A stretch of DNA of 41,953 nucleotides, taken from positions 1-41,953 of the forward strand of contig JANRKS010000015.1 of NCBI GenBank assembly GCA_033763315.1, read 5' to 3'. The first letter of the stretch is position 1. Each line of letters begins with the position of its first letter. The notes under the pieces were generated by a model. The model worked only from the letters and a program-made list of their open reading frames with translations, made no database searches and was not told the DNA's origin. Positions 17,876 to 28,396 of this stretch are shown in pieces. Source of the DNA: Deltaproteobacteria bacterium (GTDB lineage: Bacteria; Myxococcota_A; Polyangia; Fen-1088). Made by a program: the position numbers and the translations under genes.

Positions 17876-19578
17876 GCGTGTATGTAAACCGGCGCGCCTA
17901 TGCAGATATGTACGGGCCCACCGTGGGCGATAGCGTGCGTTTGGGCGACACCGAGCTTTTCATTCGCATCGAGCGCGACCACACAATCGCTGGCGAAGAA
18001 GTGAAATTTGGCGGCGGCAAAGTGATCCGCGATGGCATGGGGCAAAGCCAACGTGCAGGCTCAGACGTGGCCGACATGGTCATCACGAATGCCATCGTGT
18101 TGGATCATTGGGGCGTGGTGAAGGGCGACATCGGCATCAAGCACGGACGCGTCATGCGCGTGGGCAAGGCCGGCAACCCGGATGTGCAACCCGGCGTGGA
18201 CATCGTGATTGGGCCAGGCACCGAGGTTGTGGCGGGCGAAGGTTGCATCATCACGGCGGGCGGCATCGATTCGCACATCCACTTCATTTGTCCGCAGCAG
18301 ATCGAGGAGGCGCTTGTTTCGGGCGTCACCACGATGATTGGCGGTGGCACCGGTCCCGCGGCCGGCACCAACGCCACCACGTGCACACCAGGCGCTTGGA
18401 ACATGGCGCGCATGCTTGAAGCCGCCGAAGCGTTTCCCATGAATCTAGGTTTTCTGGGCAAAGGCAACGCCAGCCGACCCGCCGGGTTATTGGAACAGAT
18501 CCGCGCCGGCTGCATGGGTCTAAAGCTGCACGAAGATTGGGGCACAACGCCCGCGTCGATCGATTGCTGCTTGTCGGTGGCCGAGCAAGAAGATGTGCAG
18601 GTCGCCATCCATACCGACACACTAAACGAATCTGGCTTCGTCGAAGACACTCTGGCGGCGTTTAAAGGCCGCACCATTCACACGTACCACACCGAAGGCG
18701 CCGGTGGTGGCCACGCGCCTGACATCATCAAGGCCTGTGGCGTGGCCCACGTGTTGCCCTCATCCACGAACCCAACACGTCCTTACACAATCAACACCGT
18801 TGATGAGCACCTGGACATGTTGATGGTGTGCCATCACTTGGATCCAGCCATCCCCGAAGATGTGGCGTTCGCCGAATCACGCATCCGCAAGGAAACGATC
18901 GCCGCCGAGGACATTCTGCACGACCTGGGCGCGTTCAGCATGATGTCGTCTGATTCACAGGCGATGGGACGCGTGGGCGAGGTGGTGACGCGCACGTGGC
19001 AAACGGCGCATAAGATGAGGGTGCAGCGCGGTCCTTTGGCGGGCGATCCGCCGGGTGCCGATAACTTTCGTGCCAAACGCTTCATCGCCAAATACACGAT
19101 CAACCCAGCGTTGGCGCACGGGATTGCGCATGAAGTGGGTTCGGTTGAGCCTGGGAAACTGGCCGATCTCGTGGTCTGGAAGCCGGCGTTCTTCGGCGTC
19201 AAACCATCGCTTGTGATCAAAGGTGGCTTCATTGCCGCGGCGCCGATGGGCGATCCGAACGCGTCGATTCCCACGCCACAGCCCGTGCATTACCGGCCGA
19301 TGTTTGGCGCTTATGGGCGCGCTTGTTCATCCACAAGCGTGACGTTCGTTTCGCGTCTGTCGCTGCAAACCGATCTCGCTTCTACCTTGGGGCTGCATCG
19401 CCGCTTGGTGCCTGTCAGTGGAACCCGCACAGTGAAAAAGACGGATCTTATCCACAATGGCGCTTTGCCGGTGATGGAGGTTGATTCGCAAACTTATGAA
19501 GTGCGCGCCGACGGTGTTCTATTGACATGTGAGCCGGCGAAATCTTTGCCGTTGAGCCAACGATATTTCTTGTTTTGA
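17872..19578 (+). CDS. ureC: Urease alpha subunit
   Basis: [54 protein letters not shown]. Confidence 0.98.
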   Translation: MSVYVNRRAYADMYGPTVGDSVRLGDTELFIRIERDHTIAGEEVKFGGGKVIRDGMGQSQRAGSDVADMVITNAIVLDHWGVVKGDIGIKHGRVMRVGKAGNPDVQPGVDIVIGPGTEVVAGEGCIITAGGIDSHIHFICPQQIEEALVSGVTTMIGGGTGPAAGTNATTCTPGAWNMARMLEAAEAFPMNLGFLGKGNASRPAGLLEQIRAGCMGLKLHEDWGTTPASIDCCLSVAEQEDVQVAIHTDTLNESGFVEDTLAAFKGRTIHTYHTEGAGGGHAPDIIKACGVAHVLPSSTNPTRPYTINTVDEHLDMLMVCHHLDPAIPEDVAFAESRIRKETIAAEDILHDLGAFSMMSSDSQAMGRVGEVVTRTWQTAHKMRVQRGPLAGDPPGADNFRAKRFIAKYTINPALAHGIAHEVGSVEPGKLADLVVWKPAFFGVKPSLVIKGGFIAAAPMGDPNASIPTPQPVHYRPMFGAYGRACSSTSVTFVSRLSLQTDLASTLGLHRRLVPVSGTRTVKKTDLIHNGALPVMEVDSQTYEVRADGVLLTCEPAKSLPLSQRYFLF

Positions 19579-20093
19579 CGCCACCCATGCAAACCAACGA
19601 CAACACATTGCCAAGCTTGCACGGCCCGGTGCAAAGCACAGAAGCGCCTTTGCTGCATTTAACGCTGCCGTTCGACGCCCGCAAACGCAGCCGACAGCGC
19701 GTCCGATTTGATGAAGGGGGAGAAGCGGCGCTGGTGTTGCCGCGCGGCACTGTGTTGCGCCACGGCGACTTGTTGGCCTTGGAAGGGCAGGGCCTTGTGC
19801 AAGTGAAAGCCGCGCCAGAAACGGTTTCCACCGTGTTCGCCGAATCAAGCCTGCACTTGGCGCGGGTGGCGTATCACCTGGGCAACCGCCATGTGCCCTT
19901 GCAGATCACGGACGCGTGGCTGCGATACCAACACGACCACGTGCTCGACGCGATGGTGATTGGTTTGGGCGCCTTGGTGCACACCGAGCAAGCGCCATTT
20001 GAACCAGAAGGTGGGGCCCACGGCGGCGGGCACCACGGTCATAGCCACGAGCATGACGAGCACCACCACCACGATCATGGACACCATCACTGA
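19575..20093 (+). CDS. ureE: Urease nickel chaperone UreE (alternative start ATG 19587)
   Basis: [22 protein letters not shown], His-rich C-terminal tail. Confidence 0.93.
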   Translation: MTPPMQTNDNTLPSLHGPVQSTEAPLLHLTLPFDARKRSRQRVRFDEGGEAALVLPRGTVLRHGDLLALEGQGLVQVKAAPETVSTVFAESSLHLARVAYHLGNRHVPLQITDAWLRYQHDHVLDAMVIGLGALVHTEQAPFEPEGGAHGGGHHGHSHEHDEHHHHDHGHHH

Positions 20094-20754
20094 CGGCACA
20101 CGCCTGTTGCGGCTGCTGCAATTGGTGAGCCCGGCGCTTCCCATTGGCGCATTCGCTTACTCGCAGGGGCTGGAAACCGCCGTGGATTTGGGTTGGGTGC
20201 ACGACGCGCCCAGCACCCTGGCGTGGTTGACTGGCTTGTGCCAAAGCGCGTTTGGCACACTGGACATCGCGGTGTTTGCCAGGCTTTACAACGCCTTTTC
20301 GCAGGCAGACGGTGCGGCGGCGGTGCATTGGAACGCCTTCTTGCTGGCCAACCGAGGAGCGGCCGAACTGCGCGCTGAAGATAAACACTTAGGGGCCGCG
20401 CTTAACAAGGTTCTGGTGACGCTTGTGCCCGAGAACAGGCGCCTGCCGTTGGCAGGTCCGGCTTATGCTACGGCGTTCGCTTATGCCGCCGTGACGTTCG
20501 AGATTGATCGCGATGTGGCGGCCTTGGCGTTTGCCTTCGCCTGGGCCGAGGGCCAGGTGAGCGCAGCGGTCCGGTTGGTGCCGCTGGGCCAATCCGAAGG
20601 GCAACGCATTTTGATGAACCTCACGCAAACGCTGCAAGCTTGCGTGCAGCGAGGCCTGCAGCTTCTAGATCACGAGATTAGCAACACGGCGCCCGGCCAC
20701 GTGATGGCGGCGGCGCTTCACGAAACCCAATACGCGCGGCTTTTTCGGAGTTGA
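20077..20754 (+). CDS. ureF: Urease accessory protein UreF
   Basis: [42 protein letters not shown]. Start trimmed to ATG 20077. Confidence 0.93.
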   Translation: MDTITDGTRLLRLLQLVSPALPIGAFAYSQGLETAVDLGWVHDAPSTLAWLTGLCQSAFGTLDIAVFARLYNAFSQADGAAAVHWNAFLLANRGAAELRAEDKHLGAALNKVLVTLVPENRRLPLAGPAYATAFAYAAVTFEIDRDVAALAFAFAWAEGQVSAAVRLVPLGQSEGQRILMNLTQTLQACVQRGLQLLDHEISNTAPGHVMAAALHETQYARLFRS

Positions 20755-21428
20755 GCATGCAAACCACAACCACGTACGCAGCAAAGAAGATCGGTGCTTC
20801 CACCAAAGACAAAACGGCATTGCGCGTGGGCGTGGCCGGTCCCGTGGGCTCAGGCAAAACGGCGTTGATGGATGCGCTTTGCAAGCGTCTTCGCCTTGCT
20901 TATGACATCGCGGCCGTCACCAATGACATCTACACGAAGGAGGACGCACAATTCTTGTTGCGCAGCGGGGCTTTGGCGCCCGAACGCATTGTCGGCGTTG
21001 AAACGGGCGGTTGCCCCCACACCGCGATTCGTGAGGATGCATCGGCAAATTTGGCCGCCATCGATGATCTTCTGGTGAAGTTTCCGACCTTGGAGATCGT
21101 GCTTGTTGAAAGCGGTGGCGACAACTTGGCGGCCACATTCAGTCCCGAGCTGGCGGACATCACGCTGTACGTGATCGATGTGGCCGCGGGAGATAAAATC
21201 CCGCGCAAGGGTGGGCCAGGCATCACGAAATCAGATTTGTTGATCATCAACAAGATCGATCTGGCGCCGGCCGTGGGGGCGTCATTGGAAGTGATGGATC
21301 GTGACGCGCGCAAAATGCGCGGAAACAAGCCGTTTCTATTTACGAATCTAAAAGTGGGCCAGGGCGTTGAAGAGATCGCCGCCTTCATCGTGCATGAAGG
21401 CATGTTACCCAATCGCCTGCACGCTTAG
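20751..21428 (+). CDS. ureG: Urease accessory GTPase UreG
   Basis: [35 protein letters not shown]. Confidence 0.96.
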   Translation: MSMQTTTTYAAKKIGASTKDKTALRVGVAGPVGSGKTALMDALCKRLRLAYDIAAVTNDIYTKEDAQFLLRSGALAPERIVGVETGGCPHTAIREDASANLAAIDDLLVKFPTLEIVLVESGGDNLAATFSPELADITLYVIDVAAGDKIPRKGGPGITKSDLLIINKIDLAPAVGASLEVMDRDARKMRGNKPFLFTNLKVGQGVEEIAAFIVHEGMLPNRLHA

Positions 21429-22798
21429 CGACGACGCTGGCGACGCAGGCTCCAGACGGCCAGACCGATCACGACGAGCCACGGTCCGTTGCCGTGGCGG
21501 CGGGCCAGTGCGCAGCCGGATGAGCTTGTGTTCTCGTCAGCGACGGTGTCTCCGCCTTCGCCTCCCATATGGTCTTTTCCACCGGCGCCGCCCACGTCAC
21601 TGCCGCCGCGCCCCGACACCGATCCCGCGCCTCCGCCTTGGCTTGTGCCCACGCTGCCCGCCATGCCTCCGCTTGCCATGCCGCCCGCACCAGCGCTGCC
21701 GCCCGCGCCCGCCATGCTGCCGCCGGCGCCGCTGCCCCCTTGGCCTGCCGGCGCATTGCCCAGCGTGTATGAGGCCGCGTGGTACACGGTTGTGGAGAAG
21801 TCATCACTGGCCGTGGAGAACACCGCCGCGCGCAAGATGGTGTTCTTATCGATCTTGATGGGCTGCGTGTAGATCGTTCCCGTCGATGCTGTGGGCACGT
21901 CGCCGTTGAGCGTGTAGCGAATGGTTGGCTTCTCAAGGCTGGTGGAGATGGTGACCATCGCTTGCGTGCCAATGGGGCCGCCGCTGGGCGTGAACGTGAC
22001 CTGCGACAAAGGCGCGCTCGGTGGCACGCCGTGCCGTTGAGCAAACAGCCAATCATAGTGAACGTCATTCGAGCAGAACGTCCCCGCCACGCCGTGACCC
22101 GGGCCGCCGATCTCCATGAACGTTGGACGTCCACCCGCGGCGGCGACGGCCTTAAACATTTCGCGATCGCTCGATACGGGAACGGCGCCGTCATTTTCGA
22201 AATGCGCCGAGAAAATGGCCATATCCTTCAACTTCCCGGCGGCCTGTGGGGATCCTCCACCATCGGCTGGCACACCAGCGGCGAAGACGTCCGGATGGCG
22301 TGCCAACGCGTCCCACGTGCCAAAACCACCCATCGATTCCCCCATCACATAGATGCGATCGGGATCGATGCTGTATTGCCCGCGCAACGACGCCAAGATA
22401 GCCATGGCTTTCTTCATGCTGGCGCTCTCGGCGACTGCATTTACGTCGTATGAGCCCTTGCCCCAATCCCAATTCACCCAACGATCGTTGCCTTCCGCGG
22501 ACGGTGCTTGTGGTGCAACGAAGAAGGCTGGGTATTTGGCGCGCCTTTCAAGGTAGGCCTGCGGCATCGCGCCCCAATCTTCCACTTGCGAGCGGTTGTT
22601 GGTGCCCGATTGCCCTGCGCCGTGAAAGTACAGGATCAGGGGATACTTCTTGTTGGCGTCATAGCCCGAGGGCAGCCAATAACGGCACTGCATGCCCGGT
22701 TGGCTGCACACCATGCCCGTTTGTGCGACCTGGGCCAGGGCCACAGGGCTGCCAAAACACATCAAGGCAGCGGCGAACGCGAATGTTTTGATTTGCAT
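21425..22798 (-). CDS. Secreted alpha/beta-hydrolase (esterase/peptidase-like) with CHB_HEX_C/Fn3-like domain, Gly-rich linker and MYXO-CTERM anchor
   Basis: Signal peptide; [32 protein letters not shown]; [16 protein letters not shown]; C-term [26 protein letters not shown]. Confidence 0.82.
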   Translation of the reverse strand: MQIKTFAFAAALMCFGSPVALAQVAQTGMVCSQPGMQCRYWLPSGYDANKKYPLILYFHGAGQSGTNNRSQVEDWGAMPQAYLERRAKYPAFFVAPQAPSAEGNDRWVNWDWGKGSYDVNAVAESASMKKAMAILASLRGQYSIDPDRIYVMGESMGGFGTWDALARHPDVFAAGVPADGGGSPQAAGKLKDMAIFSAHFENDGAVPVSSDREMFKAVAAAGGRPTFMEIGGPGHGVAGTFCSNDVHYDWLFAQRHGVPPSAPLSQVTFTPSGGPIGTQAMVTISTSLEKPTIRYTLNGDVPTASTGTIYTQPIKIDKNTILRAAVFSTASDDFSTTVYHAASYTLGNAPAGQGGSGAGGSMAGAGGSAGAGGMASGGMAGSVGTSQGGGAGSVSGRGGSDVGGAGGKDHMGGEGGDTVADENTSSSGCALARRHGNGPWLVVIGLAVWSLRRQRRR

Positions 22799-22806
22799 GG
22801 GTGGCC

Positions 22807-25329
22807 TTAACGGTTGGCGACCACCCAACGGCTCATGACATAGAAGCGCAGCGTCTTGGTGGCGGCGTCGTATCGATAGGTGTTCTCCGGATTGGCCTTC
22901 ATCTCGGCGTCTGTGTTGACCAAAGTCATCTTGTTGTTGGCGGTGGGCACCGCGGAGCGATCGCCGGTGTCGCCTGTTCGGTACACGGCCTTTGGTGCTT
23001 GCGCCATTGGCACCGCCATCTTCGCCGCCGCCTTCGGGTCGTAGCCTTGCGTGAGCGAGCCCATCGGATATAGCCGCGCGGTGAAGGTGCCGGTCGGCTC
23101 TTGTTGGAGGCGGTATTCATTCTCCGTGCCGTACAAGATCTCATAGCCACCGAAGCCAGTCTCGCCCGGTTTGTACATCGCTCCATCGTCACGCAACAGC
23201 GGCACTTTCGTGTGTAGGACGGTTCCACCGAACAGCTCTTCGCCTTCGCCGTCAGTCTTGTCGCCGTCGCGCGCAACCAAAAAGCCCATGCCGTACAGCT
23301 GCGGGCACTTGTAGGTGCCGAAATCGCCCCAATCCATGCGCGAGCAGTCTTTGGCCACCAAAGTCGGCTTCTCCGCATCGGCCACAAGGTAGGCGCCCTT
23401 GGGCAAAAAGGAATCATCCAGCGCCTCCGTCAAGCTCTCAGGCTTCGCCACCACGCTCGGATCCGCGTTTATGAACTTGGCGTTCGAGATGCGAAAGCGA
23501 GCAATCCAGGCGCCCAGAATGTCATTGCTGAAAAAGACGGGCGTTTTGTAATGCGCGAACACCGGTCGCTCCAACGTAAGAGTGCCGCCGTACTGCGCGA
23601 ACACCGCCACACCTTTGTCGTTCCCACCTAACAGCGATCCTGTGAAGATGGAGTCCGTCATCGTATACACGTCGCTTTGGTGCCGCAGCTCCACATTCTT
23701 CGCCGTGTTGTCCACCGCGTAGACGCGCGAAATGGTGAACGGGGTAAATCCAGGATGGAACGATGTGCAATGCTCCGGCCAGAATCCTGCCGGTGAGTTC
23801 TCGCCGTTTCCGCCGTTCTCATAAACCAGCAAATCAAGCACGCGCGATGAGGCGGGTTGCTGCTCCGTACACACAAGCAGCACGCCCGACTGCATGTTGA
23901 AATCTCGGTTGGCCCCCGCCGTCATTGCTGCGTGCACGGTGGTTTTCTCGAAAACCATCGGACCTCCCGCAGCCTCGTCAAAGAAGAAGCCCATGCCCAC
24001 ACTGCCGCCAACCGCATTCTCAGTAAACACGTTGGCCAGGTTGCGGACCCAGAAGCCGCTGGGGATGTCGTCATTCTGCTTAACAAGATCAACGGTGGTG
24101 AACTTCGGCGTGGGCATGCGGTTCACCATTGCCAGGTTGTGGTGGAACGTGCTGCCGGCCGTTGTTTGCGTTTCCACAATGAAGTTGTGGCCCACGCTGT
24201 TGTAGACCACGTTGTTCATGATCAAAAGCTTGGCCGTGTCGTGAACAACGATGCCTCGTTGCACGGTGTCGTGAACGGCGATATCCTTGGCGAAGCAGCC
24301 GTCGCAGCGATCTTGCATGATGTGAAAGTGCACCGGATATCGGCCCAAGTTGTTGGCTTGTCCCATGCGTGTCACTTCGATGTTGCTGAGCCGAACGGTG
24401 GTCTTCGTGGTGGACATGAACATCATGTGACCACCGATACGCAGCGCTTCTGACTCTTCGTCGCCTTGAATGACGATGTTGCGGCTAATGGATGCAACCT
24501 CGGCACGCACGTCGATCACCGTTTCGCCCACTTTGCGAACGGTGCCATAGTGGGCCTTGGCAAGCGCGGCTTTGAGCGTGACCTTGTTGCCACTCACAGA
24601 TACCACCTCGCCAAGTTCGTGCCCCGCCATATCGGGCCCCGAAGGAGCCACCACGATCTTGTCGCCGGCTTTCCAATTCACGGCGTCCGCCACCGTGATG
24701 GTTGTGTCGCCGGCCTTCGCTTCGGCGTCAAGCTTCGTCCACGAACGGGTGGTGGGCGCGCCGTGAATGTCCAAGATGCCGTTCATCACGGCAAATACCT
24801 TGGCGCCAAAGCCCTGCGTCTGGGGCAGCTCAGCGGTGCTCTTGCCGGTCAACGTGATGACAGCTTTGTTCAGGAAAGGCTTGGTGGCTTCGCCCAACTG
24901 GAAGCGCCCGCCGTCCTTGACGTAGATGAAGCCCGTGGTGATCTTCACGTCACGTGGCTCAAACACCAGCGCGCCTTCGATGCTGATGCCTCCGAGCGCG
25001 GGTGGATCGATGTCAACCACGATGGTGCGGCCCTTGGGGATAACCACCTTGTCGCCCGCTTGCGGCAGTTTTCCGCCCCACGTGGCTGGTTGCGACCATT
25101 TGTCGCCTGCCACCTCAATGCCGGCCGGGCCGGTGGGCATGTCGTCAGGTTTAGGCGCCATGCCGAGGTTGGTCGTGGTGCCGGCCGTGCCGCCCATGTC
25201 ACCATGATCGTGTGTGCTGTGGTCGTGCCCGGCAGAGCCACCGGCTGCATCACCCGATGTGGTGGCGCCTTGGCACGCGCCCAACAACAACGCTACCGCG
25301 AAAACGCTTCCCGAAACTGATGGTCGCAT
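22807..25329 (-). CDS. G8-domain / right-handed beta-helix lipoprotein (TMEM2/CEMIP-like architecture)
   Basis: Lipobox LLGAC; WSQPATWGGKLPQAGDKVVIP, SWTKL, RAEVASISRNIVIQG, MGQ..LGRYPVHFH, RGIVVHDT, NNVVYNSVGH. Confidence 0.85.
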   Translation of the reverse strand: MRPSVSGSVFAVALLLGACQGATTSGDAAGGSAGHDHSTHDHGDMGGTAGTTTNLGMAPKPDDMPTGPAGIEVAGDKWSQPATWGGKLPQAGDKVVIPKGRTIVVDIDPPALGGISIEGALVFEPRDVKITTGFIYVKDGGRFQLGEATKPFLNKAVITLTGKSTAELPQTQGFGAKVFAVMNGILDIHGAPTTRSWTKLDAEAKAGDTTITVADAVNWKAGDKIVVAPSGPDMAGHELGEVVSVSGNKVTLKAALAKAHYGTVRKVGETVIDVRAEVASISRNIVIQGDEESEALRIGGHMMFMSTTKTTVRLSNIEVTRMGQANNLGRYPVHFHIMQDRCDGCFAKDIAVHDTVQRGIVVHDTAKLLIMNNVVYNSVGHNFIVETQTTAGSTFHHNLAMVNRMPTPKFTTVDLVKQNDDIPSGFWVRNLANVFTENAVGGSVGMGFFFDEAAGGPMVFEKTTVHAAMTAGANRDFNMQSGVLLVCTEQQPASSRVLDLLVYENGGNGENSPAGFWPEHCTSFHPGFTPFTISRVYAVDNTAKNVELRHQSDVYTMTDSIFTGSLLGGNDKGVAVFAQYGGTLTLERPVFAHYKTPVFFSNDILGAWIARFRISNAKFINADPSVVAKPESLTEALDDSFLPKGAYLVADAEKPTLVAKDCSRMDWGDFGTYKCPQLYGMGFLVARDGDKTDGEGEELFGGTVLHTKVPLLRDDGAMYKPGETGFGGYEILYGTENEYRLQQEPTGTFTARLYPMGSLTQGYDPKAAAKMAVPMAQAPKAVYRTGDTGDRSAVPTANNKMTLVNTDAEMKANPENTYRYDAATKTLRFYVMSRWVVANR

Positions 25330-25336
25330 TCCCTCT

Positions 25337-25364
25337 AGTAGCGTGCGTTCACACGAACGATCAT
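25337..25364 (-). promoter_or_regulatory. Putative ECF-sigma promoter of the G8 gene
   Basis: ATGATCG-N15-GCTACT, ending 7 nt before ATG 25329. Confidence 0.7.
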
Positions 25365-25387
25365 CGCGGTCGGCTGTTTTCCGCGAC

Positions 25388-26674
25388 CTAAACTAGAATT
25401 TCGCTAAGCATGCCTGTGCTCAAGGTCTTTTCGCCGAAATCGCTTGGATCAGCCACCCCCATCTGTTGGGCGATGGCGCGGTAGAGCTGCCCGTTGGTCT
25501 TGTTGCTGACCACCACGCGTTGCCCCATTTTGATCTTGCCGCCCAAGCCACCCGCCAGCACGAACGGCATGCGCACAGTGCCGTGAATGTCCTCGGCTTT
25601 ATTGAATGTGCCCGACACTTCCGACGACCAGACGACGATCGTGTTGTCCAATACGGTGCCCGAGCCTTCAGTGATGCTGTCTAGGTGCCCCAAGATCTTG
25701 GCGATCACGGCGCTAAAATCGCGATCCGTCTTCAACAGCTTGTCATGCAAGCCAGCACCGTCAGTCGTCCAGTGGCTGTATTCGTGGTGCGGATCATATG
25801 GGCCTAGCGAGAGCGCGCCGATGCGGCTGCGTCCGCAGGCAAAGGCTTGCGCCATCACCAATCCCAACCGCTCAGCTTCCGCGGCTGTGCCCGCAAACGC
25901 CGTGTTGTTGCAACTTGGCAGCTGCGCTGGGGGAGTCGTGCCGCCGCCGCCGGACGTCGGCATGATTCCCGCGCGCACTTGCGCCAGCGTCTGCAAATGC
26001 AGATGCAGCTTCTCGGCCTGAGCGGCGGGAACAACCTTCTCGAGCCTCGACACTTCGGACATCAGATAGTCGTTCAAAGCCAGTTCATCCGCGGCCGCGT
26101 TGCTGGTCATTGTCATTGCGGCAGGCGCACTTGGCTGCGTGGGCGCTGGCGTGACGCCGTTGAACAACTTCTTAATGAGATCATTGCTGCTGGCGATGAA
26201 GCCTTGGTTGGGCTTGTTGGCGCCGAACCAGCTGATCGATTGATTCAGATTGCCCACGTCAAAGCCGGGCGCCTCGACGCCAGCGTAGATGGCTTGCCCC
26301 TGCGTGAGCTTATCGGCCATGTAAATGTCGATGCTTTGGCCGCGGCTGCGTACATTTTCAGTGGATTTCCAACCTGTGAGCATCGAGCAGCGCCCGGCCG
26401 GGTGCTCTTCGCCGCCATGGTCAGGCAAATTCACGCCATCAAGAATCAGCAACTTCTTCTTAAAAGGTTCGAGGGCGGACAACCCCGCGCCCAACGTGAA
26501 GTTGCTGCCGGTGCCACTGCAAACGCTCTCTTGATCCCGTCCATGCGGCGTGAACAGATAGAGAAATCGCGTGGGATAGGCTCCCGCTTCGGCGGTTCTA
26601 ACCAAAAAGCGGGCCGCGGCCGCGGCACACGTGGTGCCGGCGAAGGTCTTGAGGAAACTGCGTCGGTTGTTCAT
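25388..26674 (-). CDS. DUF1552-family Tat-exported protein
   Basis: MNNRRSFLK Tat signal; FTPHG, LSALEPFK, SID..A, HHEYSH, TVLDNTIVVWSSE, MPFVLAGG. Confidence 0.88.
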   Translation of the reverse strand: MNNRRSFLKTFAGTTCAAAAARFLVRTAEAGAYPTRFLYLFTPHGRDQESVCSGTGSNFTLGAGLSALEPFKKKLLILDGVNLPDHGGEEHPAGRCSMLTGWKSTENVRSRGQSIDIYMADKLTQGQAIYAGVEAPGFDVGNLNQSISWFGANKPNQGFIASSNDLIKKLFNGVTPAPTQPSAPAAMTMTSNAAADELALNDYLMSEVSRLEKVVPAAQAEKLHLHLQTLAQVRAGIMPTSGGGGTTPPAQLPSCNNTAFAGTAAEAERLGLVMAQAFACGRSRIGALSLGPYDPHHEYSHWTTDGAGLHDKLLKTDRDFSAVIAKILGHLDSITEGSGTVLDNTIVVWSSEVSGTFNKAEDIHGTVRMPFVLAGGLGGKIKMGQRVVVSNKTNGQLYRAIAQQMGVADPSDFGEKTLSTGMLSEILV

Positions 26675-28332
26675 TGGTCACCACGGTTGGCAAGGGCGGT
26701 TTTCGCAAAGGCAGTCGTCAGCACGTCAAGCAACGACGATGAGGGTGAAGTCACAACGGCGGCCACATCCTTGATCAAACAGGCGTCTGCGCTGCCACGC
26801 TCGAAACGCGATGCCACATAGCGGAAGCTCTGCAGCGCATAGCATCCCTTGACCAGCGGACTCTCCGAGGCCTTCTGCATGAACTCCCGAGCGTCCTTGT
26901 ATTGCAGTGTGGATCCATCAGCCGCGGTGAAGCTTGACGCCGTGTCTATCACGTTGCCCTTTTCGTCCATCGTGCGCGTTCGGCCAAGTTCGTCATAAAC
27001 TTCAAACGGGTAGGCCAAATGATCAATCGTGACGTGGCAAGCCGCGCACTGCGGTTGTGTCTCCACAGCTTCAAAGCGCTGACGTTGGGACGCGGTGTCG
27101 GGCAGCGTGGGAACCTTGTTGATGACCCCCGGTGGCGGCAAAACAGCTTCTTCGCAAAACAGATTCCGCATCAACACGCGTCCGCGCCGAGGAATGTTGG
27201 TGTGATCAGCCGCGGAGGACGCAGCCACAACGCCCGGTAAGGCAAAGAAGCCAGGCCGTTGGGCGCCCGCGTTTCCATCGAGCAGGGTGGAGGATTGTGT
27301 CGAGGTCAGCAGCTTGGCCAGGGTCATTGTGTTATCTGAAGATGCCCGCGCCACCGCGGCATCTGTTTCGTCGCGCAACTTTGTCAAAAACACCGCGTCG
27401 GCCTCGGGATGTTTACCCTTGTCGCGTGCCAGCTTCGCAATGTCAGATGTGTTGAGCCAGTGCTTTAAAAAATCAGCCAAGGCCAGTTGCCGTTGCTGAT
27501 CGCTGAACTGCTGTTTGAGCAGCGCCTGCAGTGATTCTTGCGTAAAAACCTTGTCGGCCACAGCTTTGAGCAGCGCCTCTGATGGCGGCTCACCGGTGAT
27601 GTGAAACGATAAGTACGCCGCCAGTTCAGGTCCACTCATAGGCGAAGCTTGTGGTTTGCTCGCAAGCGCGGCGTCAATCCCTTCAGCCAGATATAGGAAC
27701 TTGGGTGATTGCAAACTCGCGCGCACCACCAACTCAAGCGCGCGTTGCCCGCCGGAACGGCTCGCCACTGTTTGCGCCAATCCGGCCAGCGCCGCAACGT
27801 CTTTGCTATCACTGCGGCCCCGAAACACGAGCGGCAGCCACTTGTTCAAGAGTGTGTTGGTGCACGTGGCTTCCACGCCAAACTTAGCCACGTCACACGG
27901 AAGCGCGTTTGCTTGGGGCAGCTGTTTGGCCACGCCGATCGCCACCTCGTGAATCGCGTCATAGAACGAACGCGACACCACCAGCGAATCGTCGGCGCGC
28001 GGGCTTTGGTTCGGATCCTTGAGCTCTCCCGGCCACACCACCTGTGTGGTGGCATTGGTCTTAGCGAGTGAGGCCACAACCTCGGCGCCCGCCAGGCGTA
28101 AGAGGCGGCGCGGAAACGCCGCATCTTTCGTGCACGAAGTCTGCAGGTCTGCAGGGCTCAAGGGCTCGGTGGGCGCGGCGGGGGGCGAGGGGCTTCCTGC
28201 TTGCCCGCCGCCACCCATGTCAGTGGATGAGTCGTCATCCGCGGCCGCTTTGTCATGGTCTACTTTGCCCGTGCATGCCCACCACGGAGCCATCGCCAAA
28301 AACACGACGGTCAAGCTTTGTCGTTTTGCCAC
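26671..28332 (-). CDS. DUF1592/DUF1588/DUF1595/DUF1585-type lipoprotein with one CxxCH
   Basis: LQSPKFLY, ELAAYLSF, RPGFF, HTNIPRRG..LFC, CAACH..D.L.Y.FE.YD.LGR. Start set to GTG 28332 (signal VAKRQSLTVVFLAMAPWWAC); stop overlaps the DUF1552 start. Confidence 0.85.
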   Translation of the reverse strand: MAKRQSLTVVFLAMAPWWACTGKVDHDKAAADDDSSTDMGGGGQAGSPSPPAAPTEPLSPADLQTSCTKDAAFPRRLLRLAGAEVVASLAKTNATTQVVWPGELKDPNQSPRADDSLVVSRSFYDAIHEVAIGVAKQLPQANALPCDVAKFGVEATCTNTLLNKWLPLVFRGRSDSKDVAALAGLAQTVASRSGGQRALELVVRASLQSPKFLYLAEGIDAALASKPQASPMSGPELAAYLSFHITGEPPSEALLKAVADKVFTQESLQALLKQQFSDQQRQLALADFLKHWLNTSDIAKLARDKGKHPEADAVFLTKLRDETDAAVARASSDNTMTLAKLLTSTQSSTLLDGNAGAQRPGFFALPGVVAASSAADHTNIPRRGRVLMRNLFCEEAVLPPPGVINKVPTLPDTASQRQRFEAVETQPQCAACHVTIDHLAYPFEVYDELGRTRTMDEKGNVIDTASSFTAADGSTLQYKDAREFMQKASESPLVKGCYALQSFRYVASRFERGSADACLIKDVAAVVTSPSSSLLDVLTTAFAKTALANRGDQ

Positions 28333-28339
28333 GCACGTC

Positions 28340-28367
28340 TGTTGCCTGAACGTGGCAAAACGATCAT
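28340..28367 (-). promoter_or_regulatory. Putative ECF-sigma promoter of the DUF1592-DUF1552 pair
   Basis: ATGATCG-N15-GCAACA, ending 7 nt before GTG 28332. Confidence 0.65.
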
Positions 28368-28396
28368 TGCCGCCGCCGGTCAAAGAAATGTTTGCG

